64,000 nt of DNA, from NCBI RefSeq assembly GCF_009914755.1, contig NC_060926.1; one strand, written 5' to 3'. Positions 39,801 to 53,248 of the stretch are shown piece after piece. The position numbers and the translations under genes were made by a program. The number at the start of each line of letters is the position of its first letter. Within the stretch, counting starts at the first letter, position 1. Under the pieces are notes generated by a model. That model had not been told where the DNA came from and searched no databases. It saw only the letters and a list, made by a program, of their open reading frames with translations. This DNA comes from the human T2T-CHM13v2.0 reference genome, Homo sapiens.

Positions 39801-40719
39801 TTTTCATAACCACATGGGAGACTTGTTTCAGGAACTCATTCCTGTAGCCATACCTTGAGCCATTTAAACTCCAGTATTTTAGTTTCTGGTCAAAATCTCC
39901 CATCTCTCCATTCATCCTTAATCCCTTTTGAGCCATCTTGTGCACTCTAGTCTCCAAGTGCTCCTTCTCCAAGGTCTGACAGCTGCATCCCTGGGCTCTA
40001 CCTCCTTCCTTATTTGACCTGGACTTCCTCCTGTGAATCAGCGAGAGTTTTAGAGTTCAAGTGATAGAAACTGACTCTGGCTAACTTCAGCAGAAAAGGA
40101 ACCTACTGGAAGCATATTGAGGGGTTTCAAGAACCAGTGGGAAAGTTGGAAACCAGGCTTGGAAAAGGGGTGGCATGTGTTAGGTTTGTCATTCGGTAAA
40201 TATTTATTTCCTATCCTCCATCAACCTCCATGGGAGAAATACGATGCTGGATTTTCCCACATGATTTTCTTTGGACATTGAAGCATTGGAGGAAGAGACA
40301 GTATGCCTGTAGCCTTAGAAGCATTTGTGTTTCCACTCATCCTGAGAGCTTTGGACCTCCATCATAAAAGAAGCATTCTCTGGGTAACCTGCTAGTCCCA
40401 GAAGAATGAAAGACTGGTAAAGATATCCTAGCCAATTTGTACACTGCAGCCTGAAACAGATATCCCCAGGTAACTGGCTTGTGTATAAGCAAGAAACAAT
40501 GCTTTTTATTATAGGTCCTTGAGATTTTATGATTGTTTATTACACAGCATTGTGTGAGTAGCTGGTGAACCAAGTAGTCCTGGTAGAACCAAGGATGGGC
40601 GGGGAGCAGGACCCATGACTAAGCATGCCATAAGAACTAATTGATAAGGATATGTCTCCTTGCTCCTTTGGCTGTTGCTACTGCTGGACTCTCAATTCCA
40701 CCAGTATGAATGTGTTCTA

Positions 40720-41770
40720 AGCCAGTGCTTTTCACACTTTAATATGTATGAATCATGTGGGATCTTGTTAAAATGCAGATTCAGTACATCTCGGTGGGCC
40801 CTGAGATTCTGCATTTCTAAGGCTCCCAGGTGATGCCAATGCTACTGGCCCCAGACAGACGGGAATATTCAAATGGGTGAATCTAGGTCACATGTCCATG
40901 CCTTGACTGTTAGGTGACAGGTAGAGGGATGACCCTTCTGTGATGGGTCAGGGAGCACTGTATCCCAGTAGTGCTATTCAATGGGAAATAAGAAGAGCAG
41001 CTAAAAATATTACAAATGTCTATCCAGGCTCCCTATTAAATCACTTTAACCCTTCTCTTGCTCTTGGTCCTGCTATTGCACTTGTTCTGCAACTCCTGAT
41101 CTTGGATCAATCCCCTGGCTACCTTCATCACTTTTACCAACTTATTCATTCATTTAAAACATATTTTCTGAATTCCCATAATATGCCAGCCATCAGGGAT
41201 AATTTGGTAAAAAAAAAAAAAAAAGAATAATGAAGATTCTACCTCTTGTGGCTTATATTCTAGTGGAAAAAAACAGACATTCTCAAATAAAAAAATAAGT
41301 TTAATGAATCCAGGGTGCTAAATGTGCTATGAAGAGAATATCATGATGAGTAACTAGGGGCAGCTTACATGAGATAAGTCAAGCTGAAGTCTGAATTATG
41401 AGCTCAGAGAATAGCTGAAAGAAAAATGTTCAAGGCTGAGGGACCAAATGCAAAGTCTTGAGGCAGGGAAGGTCTTGGCTTGAAAAACAGAAAGGAGGCC
41501 AGTGAGACTAGGGTTATTGAGCAAGAGGGAGGGAAGTGTTGAATTAGGGTGGAGAAGTAGTCAAAGGCCAAGCAACAGGGAAAGCTAAGAAATTTAGATT
41601 TTATTCTGAACATAACAGGGAGCATTGGAGGCTATTTAAGTAACAGCAGATGAATCCATACATATTCTGAGAGCTCACTTAGGCCACTGAATGGAGAACG
41701 GATTGTAAGGGCAAGAATAGAAAGCAGGAGACCAACAAGGAGAGTGTCAGTAGTCCAGGTGAGAGATGCT
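40720..41770. mobile_element. MER5-like MITE (~40720-40860) and L2 (-, ~41120-41770)
   Basis: ttgttaaaatgcagattcagt...ctgagattctgcatttctaa; L2 cattcattcatttaaaacatattttctga. Confidence 0.68.
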
Positions 41771-41969
41771 TGTGGCCTGGCACCTTTCTTTTTTCTGCTG
41801 TATGAGAAAGCCACATACTTCTCCTATTTAAGAGTAATCCCTCCACCTGAATCACTCATCATCTTCTCTGTTTTTATTAATTCTCCCTGTTTTCTACCTT
41901 CAATCTCTTTCCTTCCTTTGGGTCTATTTCCTCAGCATACTAATATATTCAGATCTCTTACACATAAAA

Positions 41970-42414
41970 AAGTAACAGTATTAAGAGGTGGGACCTTTAA
42001 GAGATGGTTAGGCTTCACCCTTCACTCCTTCTGCCATGTAAGAGTGGAGTGAGAAGGTGGCTGTCTATGAGGAAGCAGGCCCTCGTTAGACACTGAAACT
42101 GCTGGTGCCTTGATCTTGGGCTTCCCAGCTTCCAGAACCTCACGAATGGATTAATGCCATTATTGTAGGAGTGAGTTAGTTATCTTGGGACTGGCTTTCT
42201 GATAAAACAATGAGTTCAGCCTAATTTCCTCTCTCTGCCTCATGCACTTGCTTCTGCCTTCCGTCCATCCTCTTTGGGATGACCCTCACCAGGTGCTAGC
42301 ACTATACTCTTGGACTTCCCAGCCTCTACAATAGTGAGCAAAATAAATCTCTTTTCTTTCTAAATAACCTAGTCTGTGGTATTCTGTTACAGCAGCACAA
42401 AATAGACTAAGACA
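41970..42414 (+). mobile_element. 5'-truncated MSTB-like LTR carrying a foreign ~125-bp MLT1A-type insert
   Basis: Colinear with the LTR at 34412 except for 42014-42138. Confidence 0.72.
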
Positions 42415-43096
42415 CCTACATTCTACAATACCACTCTTTTTGTGTTCTCTTCCTATCTCTCTGGCAGTTTCTTTTCAGTTTGTGTTTTCATCTTTCTTGT
42501 CCGTGCCACTATCCACTCCTGTCACTCATCATCTGAGTGGGGTTGCAACCTCCTTACTCTGACCTCCCTTCCTCTACCAGAGTCCTCCTCCACATCATTG
42601 TGTACTTTGGTTTCTAAGGAGGATGGGTTAAGACATATAGTGACATATTGATGTAATTCAGAAACACAACTATTTGTTTAAAGGATGATGTGTTTTAAGA
42701 ATGATTCCTGGTTACTCTCTGGAAGGCTAAGCCTCAGGAGACATCAGTTTGGCATTCAGACTGTCCACTTGCAATATAAGAGCTGCTGGACAGCTTAAGT
42801 ATTTTCAGCTGTAGACACTGGGATTGTCTGCACCAGTTGATCTAATTACTACCTTACCTATACCTAACTTTATACCTTGGTGAAGAATTATCTTGGAATA
42901 AAGTCATTCCTGCATCCAATCACAGCAGGAACCTCAGGTAAACAATTCATTCAATGAGAGTAATGGCTCTGCCATATCCACCAATCCCAATCTTGGTTCA
43001 TACACTACAGAGAACAGCAGCAATTAAAGTGACATTTTAATAACCAGGCATAAGATGTTTTTATTATAAGGATTGCTGAAATTCCTCAATTCATGA

Positions 43097-43410
43097 TTAC
43101 TATGGTTTGAATATTTGCATTCCTCCAAAATTCATATGTTGAAATCCTAACTCCAAGGTGATTGTATCAGAAAGTGATTAGTGTCCTTATTTTAAAAAGC
43201 CTAAGAGAGTTCCCTCCCTCCCTCTGCCATGTAAGAGTAGAGTGAGAAGATGGCTGTCTATGAAGAAGCGGGCCCTTGTTAGACACTGAATCTGCTGGTG
43301 CCTTGATCTTGGACTTCCCAGCTTCCAGAACTGTGAGAAATAAACATCTGTCATTTATAAGCCACCTAGTCTATGGTATTTTGTTATACCACTCTGAACA
43401 GGCTAAGAAA
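43097..43410 (+). mobile_element. MLT1A/MST-type LTR
   Basis: tactatggtttgaatatttg...ctatggtattttgttata...gctaagaaa. Confidence 0.8.
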
Positions 43411-43706
43411 ATAATTTTACTACTGGCTTCATGAAAAATATTCCCAGGGTTGCCTCCAGGCAGATATTCTAGGAATCCAATGTAAGCAAACCTGGTCACT
43501 GATTTCTAAGGGGAAACTCTGTCTATGTCTCCCCATGAGACTGTAAATCCTGAAAGCAGGAAGATGTCATTTAATTTCTGTTACTCTAGCATCTGGCAAA
43601 GTGACTGGCATTTAGTAGCTACTTAATAAATATTTGTTGAGTATTTGTATATTTGACTGAATATACAAACTAATAACAGCCAGATCACATATAAGAATAG
43701 AACCCT

Positions 43707-44372
<666 letters not shown>

Positions 44373-44764
44373 GTAAATGCCTTTGGAGACTTAGGACAGA
44401 CCTGGACCCGCCATGGTAACACGGCAGAACCTTAGGATTGGAAAGGGGTTACGGAGAAACGTAATCTGGATAGCTGTTGGAACCTGACTTTCTCAGGTTA
44501 TTTGCCTCTACACCCTCTTTTCCCATTCAAAAAAAAAAAAAAATCCTGAACCTTCAAGGCTTGGGTTTGAAAGCAGAATCTTTTGACAAGAGACAGCCAG
44601 CTGACTCTGCAGTTCCCAGTGGCCCCCTGAGCTTCATCTTTCACAGGTAGTAGGCTCAATTTGATGACTCCTGTCACTGCCATGCTGGTCCATGTTCAAG
44701 GGTCCTCAGAGACTCCTTCCCTGGGTTGCCCTTAGCACAGCTCCAGTAAGCTGGAGTTTCATAA

Positions 44765-45482
<718 letters not shown>

Positions 45483-45796
45483 TCAAATAGGGCCTCATCT
45501 CTCCTTTACTCCAGGTAGTGGTGATATTAAAAATATTTAGCACCTGGAATGACAAGTGCATGGACCAATCAAAACAGGGGCTCAAGCCGTACCAGGCATT
45601 AACCCTTTAGTTTTTGGATCCTGGGGAGGTCTGGGTAGAAGGTAATGGGGGTGAAGAGGGGAAGGGTGCTTGGGGGCATTGGCTATTTACCAATGAATAT
45701 GAAAGTATCTCAGTATTTTAACAACCAGAACAGCATTCGTGCACACCAGATGAATGTCAGACCTGCCTTCACATATTTCTGGGAGTTGTCAGTTTG

Positions 45797-47050
<1,254 letters not shown>

Positions 47051-47861
47051 CTACAGTGTTTTATGGTTTTAATGACCAGTTCCTTCACTTTTTCCTGTCG
47101 TCTGCCTTTTGTCTTATGCTTGCCTTCTCAAACCTCAATTAAGATTTTTTTCTATAACTGACAGGTTTTTTCATCTATCATCTTTGTTTATCCAGAAACA
47201 GAGAGAAAAGAAGAAGAAAGACAAGGAGGGGAGGAAGAGAAGCAAAAGGAGGAGGAGGAGAAGAAGGTGGCAGCAATAACAATGGATGTAGGAGGGGGAA
47301 AGGAGGGCATGCTGCCCTTGCTCCTTCTTTCATTGCCTTTTGGCCCCTAGATGAAGAAAGGGCTGCACCACGAGAGAGGCAATTCTAGTCTGAGCAGTCT
47401 CTTGGGCCTGTGGGCAAGTTAGATGTGGGGCAGCAGGAATCTGCTCCATTTTGAGTTGTCTGGCGTTTTTATGTACTCATTTGGTGCAGTCCTGCTATGG
47501 GGATTGATAGCCAGGAACCTGCACCATGAGTCCCAGGTATAGGATCCTCTGTTCAAAGTATATGGGTAGGTCTCATGTTCCATATGGGCCTCCACCTATC
47601 TTTTCCCATTCTCAGGACCCTCAGCTCCTTTTGGCAGCAGCATCTTAATACCTGCTGCTACTAGAGGGAAACATCATTAGGAGCACTTGCTTGGCCATAG
47701 TAGGTTGGTACCAGCAGGCAACATTCCTGTTTCCTAGTACAGTGCCTGGAACCTAGAAAGTACTCAGTAAACCTTTGATCAGGAGGTACTGTGCTTCAGG
47801 ACAGAAACCAGGATTCTGGTAACTAGGAATACATTCCACTCATGGGAAGTTTAAAACTGGC

Positions 47862-50595
47862 AAGCTGTGTGTAGGTATGTGCCTGTAGTCCCAACTACTC
47901 AAGAGGCTGAGTGGGAGGATTGCTTGAGCCTAAGAGTTTGAGTCCAGCCTGGGCAATAGTAAGACCTTATGCCTAAAAAAAGATAAAAAATTAAAACCAG
48001 GGTAGAACTAGAACTTACATAATTGCTTCCTTTAGTTTAATGTGTCAATGTTCTCTAGCAACCCAGTGTTGGTTTCACTATTCATTGCAACAAGGGAGAA
48101 CGCACACCATGGGAGATCATGAGAGATCTCCATATTGGGATGTTACTAGGAGTTATAGGATTTGCCTTGTGTTAGGTGATTTTAGGGGGCAAGTTTTAAA
48201 GGCCAGTGCTTTTCTGTGTATTGGATGCTGTCAAGATGAGGGAGTAATTCTATGATTGGGCATCTTAATAAATTTTATTCAGAGGAAAAGAATACAGTGA
48301 TGGGCTGGGCACAGTGGCTCAAGCCTGTAACCCCAGCACTTTGGGAGGCCAAGGCGGGTGGACTGCTTGAGCCCAGGAGTTCAGGACCAGCCTGGGAACC
48401 ATGGCGAAACTCCATCTCTACCAAAAAAAAAAAAATTAGCTGAGCACGGTGGCACACACCTGTTGTTCCAGCTACTCAGGAGGCTGAGGTGAGAGGATCA
48501 CTGGAGCTGGTGAAGTCGAGGCTGCAGTAAGCCATGATCGTGCCACTGCACTCCAGCCTAGGTGACAGCAAAAAAAAAAAAAAAAACAAACCACAGTGAT
48601 GGTAGAGCTATAATTGATTTAAAAAAACAGCCATCAAATTAACTGGAAAAGGAGGGTGTTTGATGTGCACAGTAACGTTGTTTTTGTCTGTGCTTAGGCA
48701 AGGTTATGAAATGGTCTTGTCATGTCTCGTTTCTTCAGTCACAGAAAGACCATGTGTGATGTCGGTGTTCTGTGAGATTATTTATGCTCAACAGGAGAAT
48801 ATTGAGGGATGATGGTGAATGCCAGGCCAGCATGTGACAACCCTGAGGCTTAGTTACCTGTGTCAGACCAGTTCCCAGGCACCCTAGATTTATTTAGTGA
48901 GTCCTCCAGTTGGTCAAGGGTAGACAAAGTCAGGCCACAGGACCATTAATCTATGATATTCAGATTTTCACTATTGCTAAATTTATGCTGATCTGGAGGA
49001 TGCAGTCTGTAGTTGGGTTAATTCCGCCTTCTGTTGTAGGATTTGTTGAATCATATGATATGACAATGGCTGTGCAGAAACTAGGGCTGTGGATAGGATA
49101 CGTTGACCAAGTGCAAAAGAAGCAATTACCAGAAACAAAATGATTATCCATCTTTGTAAAAAGTCTTGAAGACAGGGACCCAGATTATAAAGTCCTGGCA
49201 ATGAAAACATGCCCCAGAATCCAGCTGAGTCTGTTTTTAGGGAGCCAGGAGGATTTTCTCTTTTCAGTTTACTCATGTTCTACTGACTCTGTAGTATGTT
49301 CTACTGGCCCAGTAGTATGTGAGTATGGTGACAAGTGTTGCTAAATACAAACTCCTCCTTGGCCAGCTAAGAAGAAATCAAGGGTTATATAATTATCCAT
49401 GAAAACTCTGGCTAAGGAATTCAAATTTAAGTGGTTTTCTGAGCTGCTATAGCAGAAGTTTTGCTATCTATGGGGTCTGCTAAGGTCAAATACCTCTCTT
49501 GGATCTGATCTCTTTCTGTTGTATTATCTTTGTTGTAGGAATTTCATTCACAGAGTACACATGAAAAATGAGTCAGTTATCCCTCCTGGGAGTTCTCCCA
49601 AGTAGTCTGTGATTGTGTGCTTGCTTCATTTTGTTGGTTTCTGGGTGTTCTTTTCAAAGAAACACAGTCTACTGGAGGGGTGGTAATTTTAAGCACTGGA
49701 GGGTCTCTAACAATTAGCTTCAATATAAAGGGTAAGTTAGTGGGCAAGCCAGATGTTCCCATAAATAAGTAGTACCCTAGGGGAGTACAGACTGCATTGG
49801 GAGGATAAGGGCTATTTAGCACATCAGGGACAAGCCAACTTTCTTTCCCTCAGGATAAGCAGATTTCTTGGATGAAGTTAAACAGGTTTCTCCAAAGCAG
49901 GCTGGAATGTTTTGGAAGAGAATGACCTGAGTAGTGTATAAAGAATAGCCCCAATATTAGTTTCTATTCCTGAAGGGCTAGGTTTTTCTCATAGGATTGT
50001 AATGACTTCAGGGAAACATTCTGTTGAAGTGTAGGTCAAGGTCCAATTTTTAGAAGACTGAGGTTTGGGATGAACTTTGTGGGGAATGCTTAAGTACCAG
50101 AAGTGACCTACAGAAGAAAATCTACTTGATGAAGTCTATGAAAGCACAGTTATTAAATTTTGTCAACAATTCCTTAAAAGCAGTAGCTACGGTTTGAGAA
50201 AAACACTCCAGAAAGTGTCTCTTTTCTTTTCTTTTTTTCCTTCCCTTTCCTTTCTCTTTCCCTTTCCCCTTTCCCCTCCTTTCCTTTCCTTTCTCTTTCT
50301 CTCTTCTCCCTTTCTCTCTTTCTTTTTTAGATTGGGTTTCACTTTGTTGCCCATTGGCACGATCACAGCTCACTGCAGTCTTGGACTCCTGAGCTTCAAG
50401 GACCCTCTTGCCTCAGCCTCCTGAGTAGCTGGGACTCCAGATACGTGCCACCATGCCCAGCTAATTTTTTATTGTTTTTAGAGATGGGGGTCTTGCTACA
50501 TTGCCTACGTTAGTTAGACTCCTGGTCTCAAGTGATCTTCCCACCTTGGCTTTCTAAAGTGCTGGAATTACAGGTATGACCCACTGCACCTGGCC
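47862..50595. mobile_element. Alu monomer (+, 47862-47990), AluJ (+, 48303-48590) and AluJ (-, 50218-50595, pyrimidine-rich tail)
   Basis: Alu consensus; the last two interrupt the ERV1 element. Confidence 0.85.
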
Positions 50596-51830
50596 AAATA
50601 ATGTTTACTTTAAGTAGTAGAACATAGGGAGTCAAAAGTAACAGGATGAAGATAAGGGTTATCTCCCCGAGAAATCAATTTGTTAGTTAATCAAGGGTGT
50701 CAAAATGCAATAAGCAAGATTAGTGGTAGGGTAAGAGATGCCAAGGAATCAGAAATTAATCTTGTCCTGTTGTCTTGGGTATAAACTGCCCATTTCTGCA
50801 GTAAGCAGCTTCTGGGGAAGTCCCAGGAATCTTCAGTTTGAGGTCTTCCAATAGTATGGGATGTCCGGTAGCCAGGAGAAAATGATGCATGTCTTTTTAG
50901 TTGTGTAATATGAATCCAGGGATCAATGTCTTCTAGTTTTACTCCTGGGTCAGTTGTTGATAGTACCTGACATTTTTTTTTCTTGCATTGAGGCTCAAGG
51001 GAAATTGTTTTCTAATGCTTTTTCAGAAGACCAAATCTCTAACTTCAGAAGCTGCTTAGGTGGGTGCTTTGAGAATGCAGCTTCCATCTGTTGTTGATAA
51101 AGCAGGAGTTAATCTTAGAAGTCTCCTGCAGCAATTAGTGATAACAGCTTATATTAGTAGCATCTAGTATTGGAAGTAATTCACAAATACATGAGGAAGC
51201 CTGTTATTAACTCAGAAGGAGATAACTTATGGGCCTTAGAATGGACTGACCTTATTGCCATCAAGGCAAATAGAAGTACTTTGGGCTTTGGAAGTTAGAT
51301 GGAAGTTAGAGAACTTTGAAAGCTATTTTTTAGAATTCTATTAGTTCTCTTTATCTTTCCTGAAATTTGTGGATGCAAAAAGATAGCGGAGTTTCTAAAA
51401 AGGTAAAGCTTTACAGTTATTTAATATCAGTGAAATGTGTGTCCTCTTACTGGAGATAAACATTGAGATTTCACATTCAGGAATACAAAATTAATAAATT
51501 CTTTTCTACTATTACAGTAATAGGTCTCCGGCAAGGAGAACCCCTAAACCCCTTAAGAATAAATAACCCTAATGTACTCATAGTCCATTTAGAGGTGTTC
51601 AACAGAACTCCAAGACTGGGCTCCAGTTCATGTTCTACCCTTAAAGTTTTGCCAGGATTGGGTCATTGACAGGTAGGCAGGACATACATCCTTGGCAATA
51701 ACCCTAAAATTGCCCCACCAACATTGGTTCAGCATCATTATCAATGTATCTCTACTATTGTGGGTAATACCATGAAGACTTTTTGCTGGACTCCACTTTA
51801 ATTATGGCTATTTCCTTTGGTAACAGTGAA
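48040..51830 (-). mobile_element. Decayed ERV1 (gammaretrovirus-like) integrase + env + probable 3' LTR
   Basis: Minus-strand env immunosuppressive domain NSLARVFMDNYITLDFFLAGQGGVC at ~49345-49421. Integrase-like HPQISGKIKRTNRILK at ~51330-51375 and DIDPWIHITQLK at ~50897-50932. LTR-like sequence at ~48040-48870. Confidence 0.78.
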
Positions 51831-52094
51831 GCATCTCAAGATTATAATTATTATTTAAAATTTTAATTTAAAAATTTTCCCCATAGGTTATTGGGGGTAC
51901 AGGTGGTGTCTGGTTACATGGCATCTTAAGATACTTTAATTTGCCATTCATTTCGTAGAGGTTCCTGAAGCGGTCAGGAAATCTTTGTTTTTAAAGCACT
52001 CCAAAGTCATTGACGAACCACCAAAACATATGTACTATCAGTATAAATATTTGCTCTGTTATCCTTTAACAGCTGGTTGGTCTAGGCCAGGGCA

Positions 52095-52430
52095 ATTCCT
52101 ACACTAACAGAGGACCTGGGATGGCATACTGAGTCAGCCACTTACTAGGTAAGAAACTTTGGGCAAATTAATTTTTTTAGCCTCAGATTCTTCATACATG
52201 AAATAGTAATACTTGTCTCACAGAACCGTGAGCATCTAATGAGTTATTGTACAATAACCAACCTATCACTAAGTCCTTCACATTGATTATTTCCTTTAAT
52301 TATCACACCCATCCTATGCGATGGCCTATTATCATCGTTTTATAAACACAAAGTCACACCACTTTAAGTGGTGATGCCAGGATTCAAACTCCGATCTTTC
52401 TGATGCCAGTGCCCAGTTCTTAATCCCTCT
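52095..52430. mobile_element. Two MIRs in opposite orientation (+ ~52095-52260, - ~52260-52430)
   Basis: ccacttactagg...gggcaaatta...gcctcagattcttcat, then aagtggtgatgccaggattcaaactc. Confidence 0.62.
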
Positions 52431-52734
52431 AACAACCCGTGACACTTTTCCACGGTTAGGTTCAAGCGCCCACCATACAGCTTGACACTTTAGGAGATAC
52501 TCAACCTTTAAAACTTTATAATTTGCATGTGTGATTATAACGGGTACGTCCTAGAGTTTGATCTCTTCTCTGTGCAGGGGCGAAACTCGACCCCAGCCGA
52601 GAACTACACTGTCCTTGCGCGGGGCCCTCTGCGCCCCGGAAGGCGCCCAGTCCCGGTTTATTGTGAGCTTACAGTACAGTTCGCAAGGTCCCGGCCGGTG
52701 ACGGCGGCGAGGCGGCAACGTCGCCTGTAGCAAA

Positions 52735-52820
52735 CCTCCGCCCTAAGGCGTTCCCGCCGGGCCTCGCGCGGCGTCCCTAGCAACGCGCGCGCGGTCTTCC
52801 GGCCCCGCCCAGGCGGGCGG
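52735..52820. promoter_or_regulatory. GC boxes (Sp/KLF)
   Basis: CCTCCGCCC at 52735, GGCCCCGCCC at 52801 and GGCGGGCGG at 52812. Confidence 0.6.
52771..52784 (+). promoter_or_regulatory. X-box (RFX binding site)
   Basis: GCGTCCCTAGCAAC, about 140 nt upstream of the ATG, with a perfect RGYAAC half-site. RFX/X-box control of ciliary genes, including ALMS1, is established. Confidence 0.75.
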
Positions 52821-52921
52821 CACTGCGCCTAAGCTGGGCCACAACCGCCAGTCAGGGCTCTCCCCTTCCCCTCCCTCCCCCCCTCCTCCTCCTCCTCTGC
52901 CGCCCAGAGCGAGACACCAAC

Positions 52922-53248
52922 ATGGAGCCCGAGGATCTGCCATGGCCGGGCGAGCTGGAGGAGGAGGAGGAGGAGGAGGAGGAGGAGGAGGAGGAGGAAG
53001 AGGAGGAGGCTGCAGCGGCGGCGGCGGCGAACGTGGACGACGTAGTGGTCGTGGAGGAGGTGGAGGAAGAGGCGGGGCGGGAGTTGGACTCCGACTCTCA
53101 CTACGGGCCCCAGCATCTGGAAAGTATAGACGACGAGGAGGACGAGGAGGCCAAGGCCTGGCTGCAGGCGCACCCCGGCAGGATTTTGCCTCCGCTGTCG
53201 CCCCCGCAGCACCGCTACTCGGAGGGCGAGCGGACCTCCCTGGAGAAG
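52922..53248 (+). CDS. ALMS1: ALMS1 coding exon 1 (109 codons); N-terminus of the centrosome/basal-body protein with poly-Glu17 and poly-Ala7
   Basis: Translation MEPEDLPWPGEL-E17-A7-NVDDVVVVEEVEEEAGRELDSDSHYGPQHL...SEGERTSLEK matches the ALMS1 N-terminus as I recall it. Kozak context is aacATGG. Canonical phase-0 donor AAG|GTGAGG at 53248/53249. The track ORF extension to 53365 is intron read-through. Confidence 0.97.
52958..53029 (+). repeat. Coding trinucleotide repeat (GAG)13 GAA (GAG)3 followed by GCT GCA (GCG)5
   Basis: Counted directly from the sequence: 17 Glu codons and 7 Ala codons. Confidence 0.95.

Noticed and set aside
44615-44635. CTCF-like cagtggccccctgagc
   Set aside because: Partial match with wrong spacing; not supportable without ChIP data.
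47195-47310. Purine-rich GAG/GAA tract resembling the ALMS1 poly-Glu
   Set aside because: Low-complexity sequence with no ORF context or extended similarity.
52527-52730. 67-aa ATG ORF as a possible uORF
   Set aside because: It ends upstream of the X-box and GC boxes, so it probably lies outside the transcript.
52743-53212. Minus-strand ORFs with poly-Leu or Gly runs
   Set aside because: Antisense shadows of the GAG and CCT repeats in stop-poor GC-rich DNA.
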